Positions 32,556 to 46,441 of a stretch of DNA of 64,000 nucleotides are shown piece by piece (position 1 is the stretch's first letter; each line of letters starts with the position of its first letter). The notes under the pieces are model-generated. The model was not told the DNA's origin, made no database searches, and saw only the letters and a program-made list of their open reading frames with translations. Source of the stretch: Pseudogymnoascus verrucosus (lineage: Eukaryota). The stretch lies in NCBI GenBank assembly GCA_001662655.1, contig KV460206.1; one strand, written 5' to 3'. The position numbers and the translations under genes were made by a program.

Positions 32556-34153
32556 AGAACACGCAGGGATAGCCTCGATTGAAGTCTCCAGCATTAATAT
32601 CATGTTGAACTGTCGTGCCACTCGAACAACGAGTGGCGCATGATGGCTTTCCATGAGGCAGCGAACTAGTCTAACAATGACCACCTAAGAATCGGGTTCA
32701 AGATGGCTTTTGCGGTGGAGGGTAGCTTACTTCGCATTCACGGTTGAGGTGGTGTTAACAAAGATTAGGTTCAGATATTCATTTCTTACTACTAATAGTT
32801 CTCGTCACTAATAGTTCTTACCACCATTTCTCGCCACATCCTCCCGTTCTCACCTCCTACCCCCCTCCCGTTCTCACCTCCTACCCCCTACCCCCTCCCC
32901 TTTACTCCCCCCACACATCCGCCAAATAACCCCGCTCCTCACGATGAAACCCCAATGCTCGACACCGTAGTAAAAACAGCGTGTAGCGTTCTGCTCGTCC
33001 ATTGCCTTAATACATCTGTTGCTCGTATCCTTTGTCGATTTATAGAAGAGTCGGGGACTTCAACCTACTGGACTGGTATGGGTATCAGTTCTATCTAGCG
33101 AAGGTGTGTATAAGGTCCACGCTTGTGAATTACACTATATCCCCTCCCCTCCTCCCCACTCCCCACCCCCCACTCCCTAGATGTCCCAGGTTCCGCAGCA
33201 GTAATCTACAGATACAATCCAAATAAAAAAGCAAATCCACCAAGTACAGCTGGCCATTTGCCAGGTGGCTCCACAGAGTTGGCATACGAGTACAAGATCC
33301 CAGTTTTTGCCAAAAGGTTCTGACCAAATGACGTTCACTCCCGAACACTCGCTAGTATCCTTTCTGCTCTCTCCTATGCCCTGGTTATTCTGGATGTAGA
33401 ATTCTCTCGCATTATGAGGTCGAGAGGGTGGGAAAGGTTAGATCCTCACTTCTCACCACCACAACTTCTTACCACCTCCCCCTCTTCTCACTGTCGCCCT
33501 CTCTTCTCACCACGAATCCACCACTTCCATCACCACTCTCAACCGAGTCCCCTAATCCCAACACTCCTCACCCCACATTCACCATAAACCACACAACGGC
33601 CATGTCCACTGGTGTAACTACGTGTGAGCTTGTCCCTCAACCTATCCTCCAGCCTGTCCATTATATACCCATCAAGTCTACTTCACAAAGCGGCGTCAGT
33701 AGCAAGCCGTCCAATCCCAGCCTAAACACAAAGGACTTTGGACTTTGGACTTCGGACCACTAGCATCAACACATATCACTTCCGTCGAGAAAAGATGAGG
33801 TGAAAATTCGACGCATATACATTACACTATATTCATTTAGACTACCCCCCCACCCCCACTTCCCATCCAATCCATCCTTTCCCATCCCCATTTATGTCCC
33901 TCCGCCCCAACTAAAAAGAAAAACCTTATATATGTCTACCCATCACTGTAGTTGTTGGTATGTATGCGCAAAAAAGCCCAAGTCGTATGCTCATAAAATG
34001 CCCGGCCTCAGCCATCCCTTCCATTCATCCTTTCCATCCGTGGTTAATCCAAACAGAAACAAAAAAAATCCAAAATAAAAAAACGCCGGTATGCGAGTAC
34101 AACAAAAAGAGGTGTCGTTGTGCTGTACTGCCTTCGTATACGCAACCCCTCCA

Positions 34154-37100
34154 TCAAACCTCCCCCTCCTTCCTAGATCTAAAACTCCACCCCCTCCTCC
34201 TCCCCTTCCCCTTCGGCTCACTCTCACTCATCGCCGACCCCGGCCTCTCCCTCTCCCCACCACCATTCCCGGCCACCCCCTTCCCCTTATCATAAACCCC
34301 CCCAGCACTCATACTCCTCCTCCCCCCCTCCACACTCAACCTCCCCTCCTTCCTCGCCTGCAGCGCCATCTCCGCCAGCTCCGCCGGACTAGGCCCCCTC
34401 CACTGCGGCGCCATAGACGGCAACGTCCTCCCCCTCGGCGTCGTGAAGCCCGCGCTCTTCGCCGAAACGATGGCGGGGATCTCGCCCGAGGATCCGACGG
34501 GTCCCATAGGCATGGGACGTTTGGGTGGCAGCGCGTCGAGGGATTGTCCGTCCTTGGAGGAGGAGGATCCGCTCCAGAAACCGAGGATGCCGTGTTTGCG
34601 GTGCTGGTTGTTCATGAGGGAAGGGGGGGGGCCGATTTTCTCACGCTTCCCTTTCATCAATGGACTCTGGCGCGTTTCTGGTACATTCAGCGACCCAGAC
34701 GCAAGAGCAGGGACAGGCGTCAGATTCCCATTCCCCGCTCTTGGTGTCGACGCGCCAGACGCAGTAGGGGTGCGGTGACCAGCACCAGCTAGCTGATTCG
34801 CAAAACTCGAATTATTCGGCACCACCACCACCACAGCCGGTTGTGCGCGGCCGTCCGAACCCTCGGATATACTCTGCGCCACGCGAGACACCAGCACCTC
34901 CCTCCTTTCAGCTTCTTGGGCCCGCTCAGCGGCGCGAACTTGGCTGCGCGCCCGCGCGGAGTGGGAGGCGGAGTCTTCGTCCGCGACTATGAGGCGGCCT
35001 GTGCGGTCGCGGCGGGGACGGGTGGTGGTAGTTGCGGACCCGGCGGTTGCGGGAGCGGGGGGAGGGGCGATGGCGGAGGAGGAGGCGTCGTAGGGAGTGT
35101 TGCTGAGGGGGCTGGTGATGGTGGTGGCGTTTGGGATGTGGCGCTCGAAGTCGGCGCGGGGGTCTTTGGTGGTGGATTTTGGTGGGGAGCGGGGGGCTTT
35201 GGGGGTATCTTTTGGTGGGGAGCGGGAGTCTTTGGTGGTGTGTTTTGGTGGGGGGGAGGAGAGGGGTCGGAGGGATTTTGTGGGGGGTGTGGGTGCTGGT
35301 GGTGAGGGGGCGGCGGCGTTGACAAGTCGGAATCCAGGCATGGCGGGGGAGGACTGCCGGCGGATTGAGCGCTGAACTTCTTCTTTGGATGGAGGGGGTG
35401 CGGGTTTGGGTTCCTCTTCCTTTTTGGCGGGCTTAACGGTGTCAGGCACTGGTGTCGTATGTTTCAATCCCGAGGAGAACCTGCTTGCTCGCTCTCTGAA
35501 CGTGAGAGAAAGGCGTTTAGGCACCGGCGGCACTTTAATCTGCTCAGGTTCCTCAATCTTTCGCACCGTGATGGGAGCCTCTGAGCTTGGCTGGGTGCTA
35601 TGCCTATGCCACCTCTTCTTGACAGGAGTAATCGTGTCTTCAGAATTAGCACGACCCTGAACAGCTAGGGAATTTGGGCGAGCCCGAGACGACTTTTGAA
35701 GAACTTTGCCTGGAGACCGCTGCTTGGGAGATGTAGGTGCAGACTTGTTGTTAGATTTGGTAAGTTCGGCTTCTGCCTGGGACGCCAATGAATCATCCAC
35801 GTGGGCAGTCGTCATTGGGATCGGGGGTCGCGGCATCTGGTTCCTTTGGGGCTCAGATGGAGCTGCTCTCACCGGCGGTGGGGCTATTGGCTCTGCACGA
35901 GATTCTCTAGCCAACTCGCTCGGAGCATGTTGCGTCCTCCAATAATCCGCTTTGGGGACTCTAGGTTTAGAAGACACATCAAATTCAGATGGTCGAGCTA
36001 CCTGGTAATTATCGAGTTCAGTAGGAGACTCTGAGGTATCCCTCAGTTTTGACCGAGACCCGGATGACTGCACCGATCCCAGAGAAGTATAAGAGCTATA
36101 CCCGCTATCGGGCACAGCCGAGGGCTCAAGACGTGCGTGCGTCGAAGTATCCATTGTTTGCGCAGGACGGCGTGGCGACATGGTTTCGACAGCAGGAAGA
36201 TACAATTCGTCGTCCTGCCTTCTCGGGGCTTCAGAAATAGGGCTACGCCGATCATGCACTGAAAGCTCCGACTTAGCGTCCTCAAATACCCCAAGATGTG
36301 ACCTGGCGTCCTCAAATCGTTCGTCTTCCTCAGAATTGCGTTTCGATGAAGTTTCCAATTTCGGGGTCGACGGCATAGATAAATCAGCAGAGAACAGGCT
36401 GGGAAGGAAATCAATATCCAGTCTGTAGAACTCAGCAAACTCGCTAGCACCACCAGGTATCTGCGGCGCCGATTCCAGATACTGCGACGACGCTCTGCTG
36501 ATTTCCAGGACGTCAGAGTAGGCTGATTGCTTTGTTGCCGTGCTGGGGCTTCTGGAGGGCGGATCAACGGTGAGTTGGTCTGTAGGGTTGACTGTGATCT
36601 CTGGCTGCCTGGCTTGTTTGACTTCATGCGTCTTCCCTTGTTCCGACGGATGCCTCCGCGCCAAGCTCGCGAGACTCATGGCTGTCGTCCGCGCAGAGAC
36701 ATTGTCTACCTCACTATCTATAGGTGGTGCCCGTCGTGCCTTTGGCGTGTTCGCAGCGTTTGGAGTTGCGACACCATTCATGATCCTTAGACTACCTAGC
36801 TCAAAACTACCGATATGTCTCAAATCAGTCGGCGTGCTCATCCTCTGCGTGCTTGTGATGTCTTCTCTAAACCGCGGTTTCTGGAGCGGTGCCAGCATCT
36901 CCAGATCCTCTACGGGGCTTTCGCTTGCCTTAGCCTCGTCGTAGTAACTATATATTTCCTCCTCACTGGGCAGTGTCTTTGACCTTTCGAAGCGGTGGGT
37001 GAATGTCTGGCTGGATTCCGGTTCAGCTGCGGATTGTCTCCATGCCTTTGGATTTTGCTTCTGCAGCCTCGAAGAACGTGACCCGCTGTTGGTCTCGCCC

Positions 37101-38045
37101 ATCCTCGTTGCAACGCCGGGCGTGAGGTGGGAGCGGCGGCGAACTGAGTGGGAGGTATAGTTTTCTGGTTGAATGTGCACTTGTTCCGTCGAGCTCAGGC
37201 GGGCGGATAGAGCGGGAGATGTGCTCGATCTCATGGAGTAGCGGTTAGATGCATTTGAATTTTGCGAGTGGACGCTTGCATTTCTGGTAAGGATAGCTTC
37301 TGTTTCGGCAAGGCGCTGGCGGCGCAGGGAATCATTTATTTGAGCAGCGGATGATGTTTCGGCAACAAGGGACAGTCGAGCTTGTTGGTACCTTATATAG
37401 CTTGGAGATCTATGTAAATCCGGTGTGCTGGATCAGGGGTTAGCTTTCTGCATATTCGATGTTCTGCATACCGTTGTGCGGCTGAATGAGAGGCGTTTGA
37501 ATAACTTACCTGTCAGTTACTGAGTATTGGCTATCCGTAGGCAGGTCCTGAGCATAACCTGCAAGCCCCAGCTGTGAGTATCTACGCAACGGATCCGAAT
37601 TATCCAACGCCTCAACTCCACCGTTGTCGTCTAAAATCCATTTATCATCTGGCCTATCCTGGAGCACTATCGACGCAGGCGTGCTCGACTTGCTTCGAAA
37701 CAAGCTGCTCAGCCTCGACGCCCTCTTATCCCTCTCCTGCTGCCTCCCACGGCCCGGTCCAGAATCTTCCCTCGCATCCTCTGCGAATGGAAGATCCACA
37801 TCAGATCTCGCAGGAACACTGCTCGACCTTCTCTTCCCCCTTGCATTAACACTCGCTAGCGAGCTCTTCCTCGAGACCCCGCCTCCAGGCACATCCAGTA
37901 GATTATTCGCTGACGTATTCGTCCTGGGTTTCGACAATTTATTGGGTTTATTCGATTTGGTCCGCGGCTTCGCACTCTTTCGTTTTGGCTGAGCTGGTAT
38001 GTCCTGCGCCGTCTTCCCGCCGAATAGAGATGATATGAGACCCAT
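34154..38045 (-). CDS. Large Ser/Pro/Arg-rich disordered hypothetical protein; intron about 37410-37509
   Basis: 179 aa ORF (MGLISSLFGG, NKLSKPRTN) splices in frame into the 1026 aa ORF; conserved-looking TPTDLRHIGSFELGSLRIMNG and DSGYSS islands; possible N-myristoylation at Gly2. Confidence 0.75.
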
Positions 38046-38860
38046 CCGTGCGGATTGGGGGGGGAAACGAGAGTGTAGGTCAGAACAAAGGGATCATTGC
38101 AACGACATTAATATTTCTTCCTCCCAGCTCGACTTCGCCTGTCGGTGGTAGGTAATGGAGATCTTAAGGGGTGCAATGACGTGTGGGGGAAGCGACGGAT
38201 CCGGGTGCAGTTGTTTCAGCTGAAGAGTTGCGCAAACCTCTCTACCAGCTGAGGCCAATCCCCACGGAGGAAATGCAATGCAGCGCTCAAACACTCTGTA
38301 TACGTAAAGGTATGCGCTGGGTCAGACAGCGAGGAAGCACGAGGGGTCACTCAGCATAAAGAGGTCTTTTGGGGGAGGTTTTTGTTTTGGAAGTGTTGAG
38401 AATTGATAAGTATTTTTTGACGCCTTGCTGGCAGATCTCCGCAGGGTAATCCACGGGCGTGGCGGGGGGGTGTCGGGGTGCTGGTGCGGACTCTGTGGAC
38501 AAATCAAAAATGTCTTACATGTAAACAGAGGCGTATCTCCGTGTTGAGCATGTCAGAGTATGCAAGACTATACCACTTGTAGTCTGACTAGAGCGTTTTA
38601 TATTCCGCGATCCCCTAAACCGTCACTGGCGCCTCGTATTCTGAACCCGTTTCTGCAGAATCAGATCCTACTCGTCTCTTGTAACCTGCGTGGGTAGTAG
38701 TAGTGTCGTAGCCCTGGTAGTAGTACCTCGTAGCCCCTCTTTTGAAGACGGGACGCATCGATAGTATAGTAGTATAGTAGTGGAGAATAATAGGTGACTT
38801 GACATGGATATTGTACAGTATGACGATTCTCGTAGAGAGGGATAATACAGTAGTAGTATA

Positions 38861-38956
38861 GTATAGGAGAGTATAGGAGAGTATAGGAGAGTATAGGAGA
38901 GTATAGGAGAGTATAGGAGAGTATAGGAGAGTATAGCAGAGTATAGCAGAGTATAG
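38861..38956 (+). repeat. 10-bp minisatellite (GTATAGGAGA)7(GTATAGCAGA)2
   Basis: Direct reading. Confidence 0.95.
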
Positions 38957-40611
38957 TGCAAAACCCAATCACCTGCAATGTTCGTATTTTCCCCAATTTA
39001 CTCGACTCGAATATATTGGAAGTGGACCATTTTGTGCATTTGTGCAGGAATGGCGTACCTTGTCTAGCTGAAGTAGCTGAGGTACGGGTACGGGGACAGT
39101 AAAATGATGTACGTACGTGTTAGTGGAGTCAACTAAACTCGGGTGCCGGGCACTTAAAGTTCCGTGCGCCAGACGCCGGATAGAAGTCCCGGATAGGGAA
39201 GAGTGAAAGATAGATGACATGACATTGCTCATTATTGCTGACACAAAACCCACGACTTCAATATATTCAATATGAATAAATATGTATTAAAACCCGCAGA
39301 AACTGCAGAAACTGCGACTCTCCCCAGTATTACCAACACAATGCTCCTCGTACACTCATTGTCGTCAAATGCGTACCGACTCTCCTGTTGTGCATTACTG
39401 CACTATCTGCACGGTCTGCACCCAAACTCCGATGCAATCCTGCCGTACGGGATCCTCAGTTTCCACTTACCTCATGAATCGTCTAGGAAAGACATTATCT
39501 CCGTTTAGACTCATTCTTCGGCTCGCCGGATGCTCCAGTCTCAGATGTTCACCGAGTCGACCGTGTCCTTCCATGATACTCAAACCGATAGGAGAAGAAT
39601 CAAGACCTACTGGCACCAGCAAGACTCTAAATTTAAGCAACGCCGTCATGAGGACCATCGTGCTACGGCGTTTGAGACCCCACCTCCATTCGACTGCGGC
39701 CGGGAAACCCCTCGTTTTCTGCGGCGACTCTAGTGCTTCCCACGACATTTCGTAGACCCTCGCTGCTACGAGAACTGCCAGTATCACATCACACCAGTGC
39801 TACTGGACAGCGGGAATGTAGGACTACAGTTTTCGCCTCCCACACAAGCCCCCCTCCTCTCTATTACAGAGATAGCCACGACTCGTTGATGTGGCCTCCA
39901 ACGAAGAGGGCTAGTTCAAATATAGGGCATATGTTCTTTATCAGGTCTTCTCGAAGATGGCAACGACAGCAGTGGAAGTTGGCTATCCGTTGTTCCACAC
40001 ATTTGACGTGGCGGTCGGTGGCACAAAGGCCTGCTTGGATACTGACTGAATAATACAAAAGCGGGCACAGCATGGCCGTATGGCTGTAGAATGTGCACAT
40101 AAGCCGCCTTCGTCTACATTTGATTATAGTAGGCCTATAAGCATATCTCAGTACAGCATGGGCATGACGCTGTGGGACACCGAAATTGCGTGAGATGGAG
40201 TAGAATATCCAGAAACTTCTCCTATCACCATTGCCGTTCTCCCGAAGCCTTCTTCCTCATACCACCTCCAAGGTACACAAAACAGCAGTGTGTAATGCAC
40301 GCCTACATTTTCCGGGAACATATTGTACGCCACTTCAGTGCATGTGGCCATTCCAAGCAATCCGGACGTAAACATCACCAAAGACCCTCAATTCTCACCC
40401 CCAGCGATCACATCCCTGTGCTACCCTATCCCCCAGCCTTGCACCCAGCCTCGCGCTAGGGGTGCACCGCGGCTAAAAGTCTCCCTCACGAATCGCGCCG
40501 CGACACAATTCGGCGGTACCCCCAGACGCGCGACACCTCAAGCCATCACCAGAGTTCAATCGACGACATCACCACGCCGTACCATGCCAGTCCCACACTA
40601 AGCGCGCAAAC

Positions 40612-43600
40612 ATGCATTTCATCCGACCGGCGTGGCTGACGCACAGTGGTACGTTCCTGCCCTTCCCCCCCCCGGGACGATTTCACCGATGCCTCTCCAA
40701 TACAAGGTGAGCCATGTATACTAACTGAGGTCCCAGGCGAACAGAAGGACTTCGAGGTCTACTCCTGCCACGTCTCGCCCGATGGAAGCCGTGTCGCGAC
40801 GGCGGCGGGAGATGGCCATGTGCGCATCTGGAGCATGGAGGCTATTCGCAATGCGGCGAATACAGAGTACAAGGGCCCGAAGCAGTTGTGCCATATGAGC
40901 TACCATAGTGGCACGATTCATACGGTCAGGTTTAGCCCCGATGGCCGCTGGCTGGCTAGTGGTGCTGATGATAAGATTATTTGCGTTTATCACTTGGAGA
41001 AGGAGCCCCCGGCGCATGGGGCAAGTTTCGGTGAGTTATATTCAGGAAATGGGGGGAGGGGCAGAATAAAGGAGAATTGGGAGATGGAGTCAGGAGGTGG
41101 GCTAACGATGATCTAGGCACCAATGAACCTCCGCCTGTCGAAAACTGGAAGATCCTCAGACGTCTCATCGGACACGATAACGACGTGCAAGACCTAGCAT
41201 GGTCCTACGACTCCTCGATCCTGGTGTCCGTCGGCCTCGACTCCAAAATCGTGGTGTGGTCCGGTCATACGTTCGAGAAGCTCAAGACCCTTTCCGTGCA
41301 CCAAAGTCACGTCAAGGGCATCACCTTCGACCCCGCGAACAAATACTTCGCAACCGCCAGCGACGACCGCACCATCAAGATCTTCCGCTTTACATCACCC
41401 GCGCCGAACGCCACGGCGCACGATATGGTGAATAATTTCGTGCTCGAGCATACCATCGCGAATCCGTTCAAATCGAGCCCGCTCACTACATACTTTCGCC
41501 GCTGCTCGTGGAGTCCGGATGGGAATCATATCGCTGCGGCGAACTCGGTTAATGGTCCTGTTAGCTCCGTGGCGATCATTAATCGCAGTCAGTGGGATAG
41601 CGATATTGCGCTCATCGGCCATGAGGGGCCGGTGGAGGTGTGTGCGTTTGCTCCGAGATTGTTCAGTAGCAGGGCGCAAGGGCCGGAAGATACGGATGCC
41701 AATGGCTTCAGTACGCAGCCTTTGACTTCTGTGATTGCTTGTGCTGGTCAGGATAAGGCTTTGACGGTTTGGAATACGAGCACGTCGAGGCCGCTGGTTA
41801 TTGTGCAAGACCTGGCTCAAAAATCTATTTCCGATCTTGCCTGGACACCGGATGGACGGACCCTGGTTGTCACTAGTTTGGATGGCACCATTCTTGCGGT
41901 CGCCTTTGAACTTGGAGACCTTGGCTATGTGGCTCGAATTGAAGAGAATGATAAGGTATTGCAACGCTTCGGTGTTGGTCGCAAGGGCGTGGGCGTCATC
42001 GAGGACGTTGCAGGTCTTCGTCTAGAGGAGCGCAGCAGGGCCGGAGAGCTTCGCGGAGCAGAAGGGAGGATGGGCGCGCTGATGGGCGATGGAGCTACTG
42101 AGGCGCGCCCGGAAAAGAATGGGGTTTCAATCACAAATGGTGATAGCAAGGTTGCCGATAAGGGGGCTTCAACACCTGCAACGAATGGGACGGACAAAGA
42201 TGCCGCTCCCACACCTCCAGCAGAGGAGACGAACGCTGCCAAGATCGAAGCAATGAAGAAGAGAGTAACGATCACGAAAGAGGGAAAGAAGAGGGTAGCT
42301 CCCCTCCTCGTATCCTCCTCCGGCACCGGCCAATCCTCACTCCCCCAATCCCAACTCATGGCCGCCAGCTCCAACAACGCCACAAGCGAAGCCCCCCAAT
42401 CCATCCTCGACCTCTCCAAGCCCTACGACGGCCTCCCCTCCGGCGGCCTCGCCTCCATGCTCCTGGGCAACAAGCGCAAAGCCGTCGTCCTCGAAACCGG
42501 CGACGAAGACGAGACCGGCGCCAAACGCCTCAACGGCACCACCACCAACGGCACCATCCCCATCATGCGCAACGGCGTCGACGGCGTCGAGCCCGCCACC
42601 GCCACCCCGACACGCGGGCAGGAAGTAACCCCTGAATTCATCCGCCCCGCCGTCGTGGACCCGGTAATGTCAGTCTCACAAACGCGTCTCTCCGTCCCGA
42701 AAGTCCGAACGCACATCCTGCGGTCCCTCAATCGCGGCGGTCTACCCACTACCAAACCCCTCTCCAATGGCGCGGCACCAGACGACGACGCTGCCAAAAA
42801 CGCAGACGATGTCATATTCGAAGCCCGCAATGACGCGCGCACAGGCGCACACGCTAATGAACCCACGCGCATCACAGCACTCAAGCGCTCCGCAGTCCTC
42901 TGGCAAGACTTCCTCCCCCGCCCCGTGCTGCTCGTGACGGGGAACAAAAACCTCTGGGCTGCGGCATGTGAAGACGGGTCTCTCTATGTCTGGACCCCCG
43001 CGGGCCGGCGCCTCCTCAACGCGCTCGTGCTTGAAGCCCAGCCTGTTATACTAGAATGTCGAGGGTGGTGGCTCCTCTGCATCACAGCGGTGGGGATGTG
43101 TCACGTCTGGAACATCCGCACGTTGTCGTCGCCGCATCCGCCGGTGAGTCTGGCCCCCGTGCTGGATGCGGCGGTGAAATCGCTGTCATCTCACACTGTC
43201 CCCGGACCGGGAATAACCTCCGCACACCTCAATTCCACGGGGAATATCGTCCTTACTCTCACTAACGGCGATGGGTACGCCTATGCTCCCGCCCTGTACG
43301 TGTGGCAGCGCCTCAGCGAGGCCTGGTGGGCCGTCGGCTCGCAGTACTGGAATAGCAATGACTCCTCCGTCTCCGCTCTCCAAAGCACCGCCGTCGGCGG
43401 GCCATCCACCTCCACCGCGCCCGAGACCCTCGTATCCGCCGGCATAATCCCTCATCTCGAGCGCCATACCACCGCTGAGGTGTTGCTCAAGGGGCGCGCA
43501 TACATGCTCCAGCGCCTCGTCAAGGGTGTGTTACCACGCCCTGGCTTCGAGAGATTCGAAAGCGCGGTTAGTGTTGCGCATCTGGAGAATAGGGTGGCGG

Positions 43601-44010
43601 GTGCGCTGGGGCTGGGGGCCAGGGAGGAATTTAGGTTGTATCTGTATATGTATGCGAAGCGGCTTGGGGCAGAGGGGGCGAAGGGGAAGGTGGAGGAGTT
43701 GTTGAGGGGGTTGCTTGGGGGGATTCTGGAGGAGGGAACTGCAGAGGGGGAGGGGAAGGGGTGGATGGCGGAGGGGGAGACGATTTGTGGGTGGGATCGG
43801 AGGGAGTTGTTGAAGGGGGTTGTGTTGATTCTTGGTATGTTTTACCCTTCCCTCTCTATTCCGCTGTCACAGCTGGGCGCACTCTTTGGATTTGTTGGAA
43901 CAGAACTAATAGTCTATATAGGCAAATTCCGCGATCTCCAACGCGTCACAGTCCAGTACGCTCGCGTGCTAGATATGGTAGACGATGAGGACGCGATGGA
44001 GTCTACCTGA
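40612..44010 (+). CDS. HIR1: Histone chaperone HIRA/Hir1; introns 40649-40736, 41031-41116, 43835-43921
   Basis: N-terminal WD40 repeats (GHDNDVQDLAWS, TTYFRRCSWSPDG), B-motif (VTITKEGKKRVAPLLV), C-terminal Hira domain (SVAHLEN). Confidence 0.95.
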
Positions 44011-46441
44011 GCTTATCTTATCGTTTCCACTGGAGTTTTCATGGGTCCTGGTTTTGCGTTTTGCTAGGTTGCTAGGTTGCTCTTTTGCTTTCGGGTGGCG
44101 GGGGCCGGGGGGGGGGATGATGGCTGTTGTACGATATCACAATGAGTTATTTTTGGTGCGGGTTGGTGGGGGGGATGAAATGGCTTGTATTTTTTTGGAC
44201 GGGCAATAAAGGAGGTGGGGGGGGTATTGATAGCTGGCTGTATATTGCTGGGTATTATGGGGAATGAGAGATAATTTAATTGCAGTTGCAGTCGGTCGAA
44301 TGTTTGTCTCCTGCAGTGAGTGTGCTCCTGGCCTTAAAAGGAGGGCTGGGCTGGGGAGGAATTACGTCTCCAAGGACATCATCACGTACGGACCAACCCG
44401 AAGGTATTGGCTGTGTTGAGAAGATAGCCAAGGGGGAGCTCGTTGTATTAACTCCCCGGGCCATTCTAGACCGCTGTTGCTGCTCTTGGTAATGCTGCTG
44501 TTCTCGTTGCTGTTGCGATTCTTGTCACCGTTCCTACTCCCTCTGTCACTCTTGTCGTCGCTGCTACTCCTGTTATACTGGTATTACTGTTACTGCCCGC
44601 AATGCCTAGGTTGATCCTCGCGCTGGTACACGAACTTCTGCAGCTAACGTGGTTGTCGTCCTTGTTTCATGGTGATCCCATATTCAATCTGCGCTCGCAC
44701 AGTGGGAGATACATTCATGAGTTGGGGATAAGTAATATGCGTCCCAGTTCTTACATTGTAGAGGCTCTCCCAAATATTACACGGCAGCGCATCCCCAATC
44801 ACCCAGGTTAGCCCCCCCCCCCCTTTTCCATCACTTCAAGCCCAGTTTCGCCTGGGAAGAAAGGGGTCTACGTAGGGGGACTCTGCTTTGTCACTTGTCT
44901 TGTCTGCACCTATAATCTCTTTTTTCGGACTCCGGCTAGTCCAGTCTGGCGAGTTTACTTTCTTTTCCACGAGGCTTCGGGAATAGCATGGACACTTGCG
45001 TTTCTCGCGGGGAAAGAAAGATCAGATCAAAGCGCTACGACGAAGATACAGCTGGTTATCGGGCTAGGCTGGGGGCTGTTGGGGGGTCTGATAGTACGCT
45101 TGGATTTGTTTATGCCACATCTGTTGATGATATATCTTCGGCAGGATTTATCCAGGACTGGGCCATCATAAGGCTTGACCCGGGGCGCCTCGAAGGTTGC
45201 AATGTCGACTAGCATATAATTAACCCTCGAGTGAGGAGGGGGCCATTCTTGTGGCCATTGGTACTCTTGCTGTCGTTATTCTTGCTGTCGCTGCTATTCT
45301 TATTGTCTCACTACTACTGTTCTCCCCGCTGCCACTCTCCTGCCACTGTTACTCCTATTAACGCCGCTACCTCTGAGATCGTCCATGCCCGGTCACCATG
45401 ATCAAAGGAGACTTGACACCCTCCACCAAACAAAGAACTTGACGCCTGCAACCAACCAGAGGACGACGCCCAGGATGGGCTCCTCTGCTGCTTGAGTTGG
45501 GGCGCAATATATATGCCGAGCTCATGGGAGACCAGATCGCCGTCGCTAGTTTGCGAAACTTCTGTAGCCAACTACTTGCTGTCTCTCTTTCGGGCTTTGG
45601 ACAGAACGTGTTTTCTTTTTTGCTTAGATGTTGTTTTGTAGATTGCATCTTGAGCATCGTCACTTCCATCATATTTACCCTAGTCACGCACGTACCCTGC
45701 CGCCTTGATAACCACGAAGTTGGCTTAGCAATACGCCATTAGGATATACTCAAATTTATCCTTAGAGTCAAGTTTCTCCTCAAGTGGGCAGTTAGCCACA
45801 TAGTATGTTGCAATGACTTCCCGCGTCATTCTAGACTGATGTTGTTCTTACCAGCGGTGATATTCTTGTTATCGCTCCTGCTCTTGTTGCCGATGCTGCT
45901 CTTGTCACCGCTACTACTCTCCTGTCACTGCCACTACTGTTACCGTCGGTACTCCTGCTACACTCAATGCCCAGTTCGCTATCACTGGTGCGTGTGCATT
46001 CTTGAGGCAGCATATAATAAGTGTGAATTTAGTGTCCCTGCAGTGTCCGTGTCGTCCCTTCTTGTGTTATGATAGAAAATTGGTTTCACATACGGACGGG
46101 GCGTTATATACTTTCTTATGGGCTGCTATAACTCCTCCTGGACACTGCCTTGCCCTTCCTTGCCAGGCTTATGGGCAGAATGAGCAATTGCTTCCTGTCG
46201 CCAAACTCCCACACGTGCTTCGCAACGCTGACAATCTAGACACCATTTGGATAACGCAAGTGTATCTGGATATATTGTGACGTGGCTAACCCATGACTGA
46301 TATAATATGTATGCTTCCACCCATTCTAATGCCTGCCGGCGCTGCCAAGATCTAACTTCTATGTCATCAAAAGAGCAATAGCACAAACCGGTCATACATG
46401 TACAGATAATCAGAACGAACAGAGACAAATGGTATGTGAAT

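Noticed and set aside
32786..32900. Local 13-bp and 24-bp tandem duplications right of the island
   Set aside because: Ordinary slippage duplications in low-complexity DNA; no match to the left boundary seen.
38615..38996. YSPILSYTLL repeat ORFs
   Set aside because: Translation of the 10-bp minisatellite in three frames.
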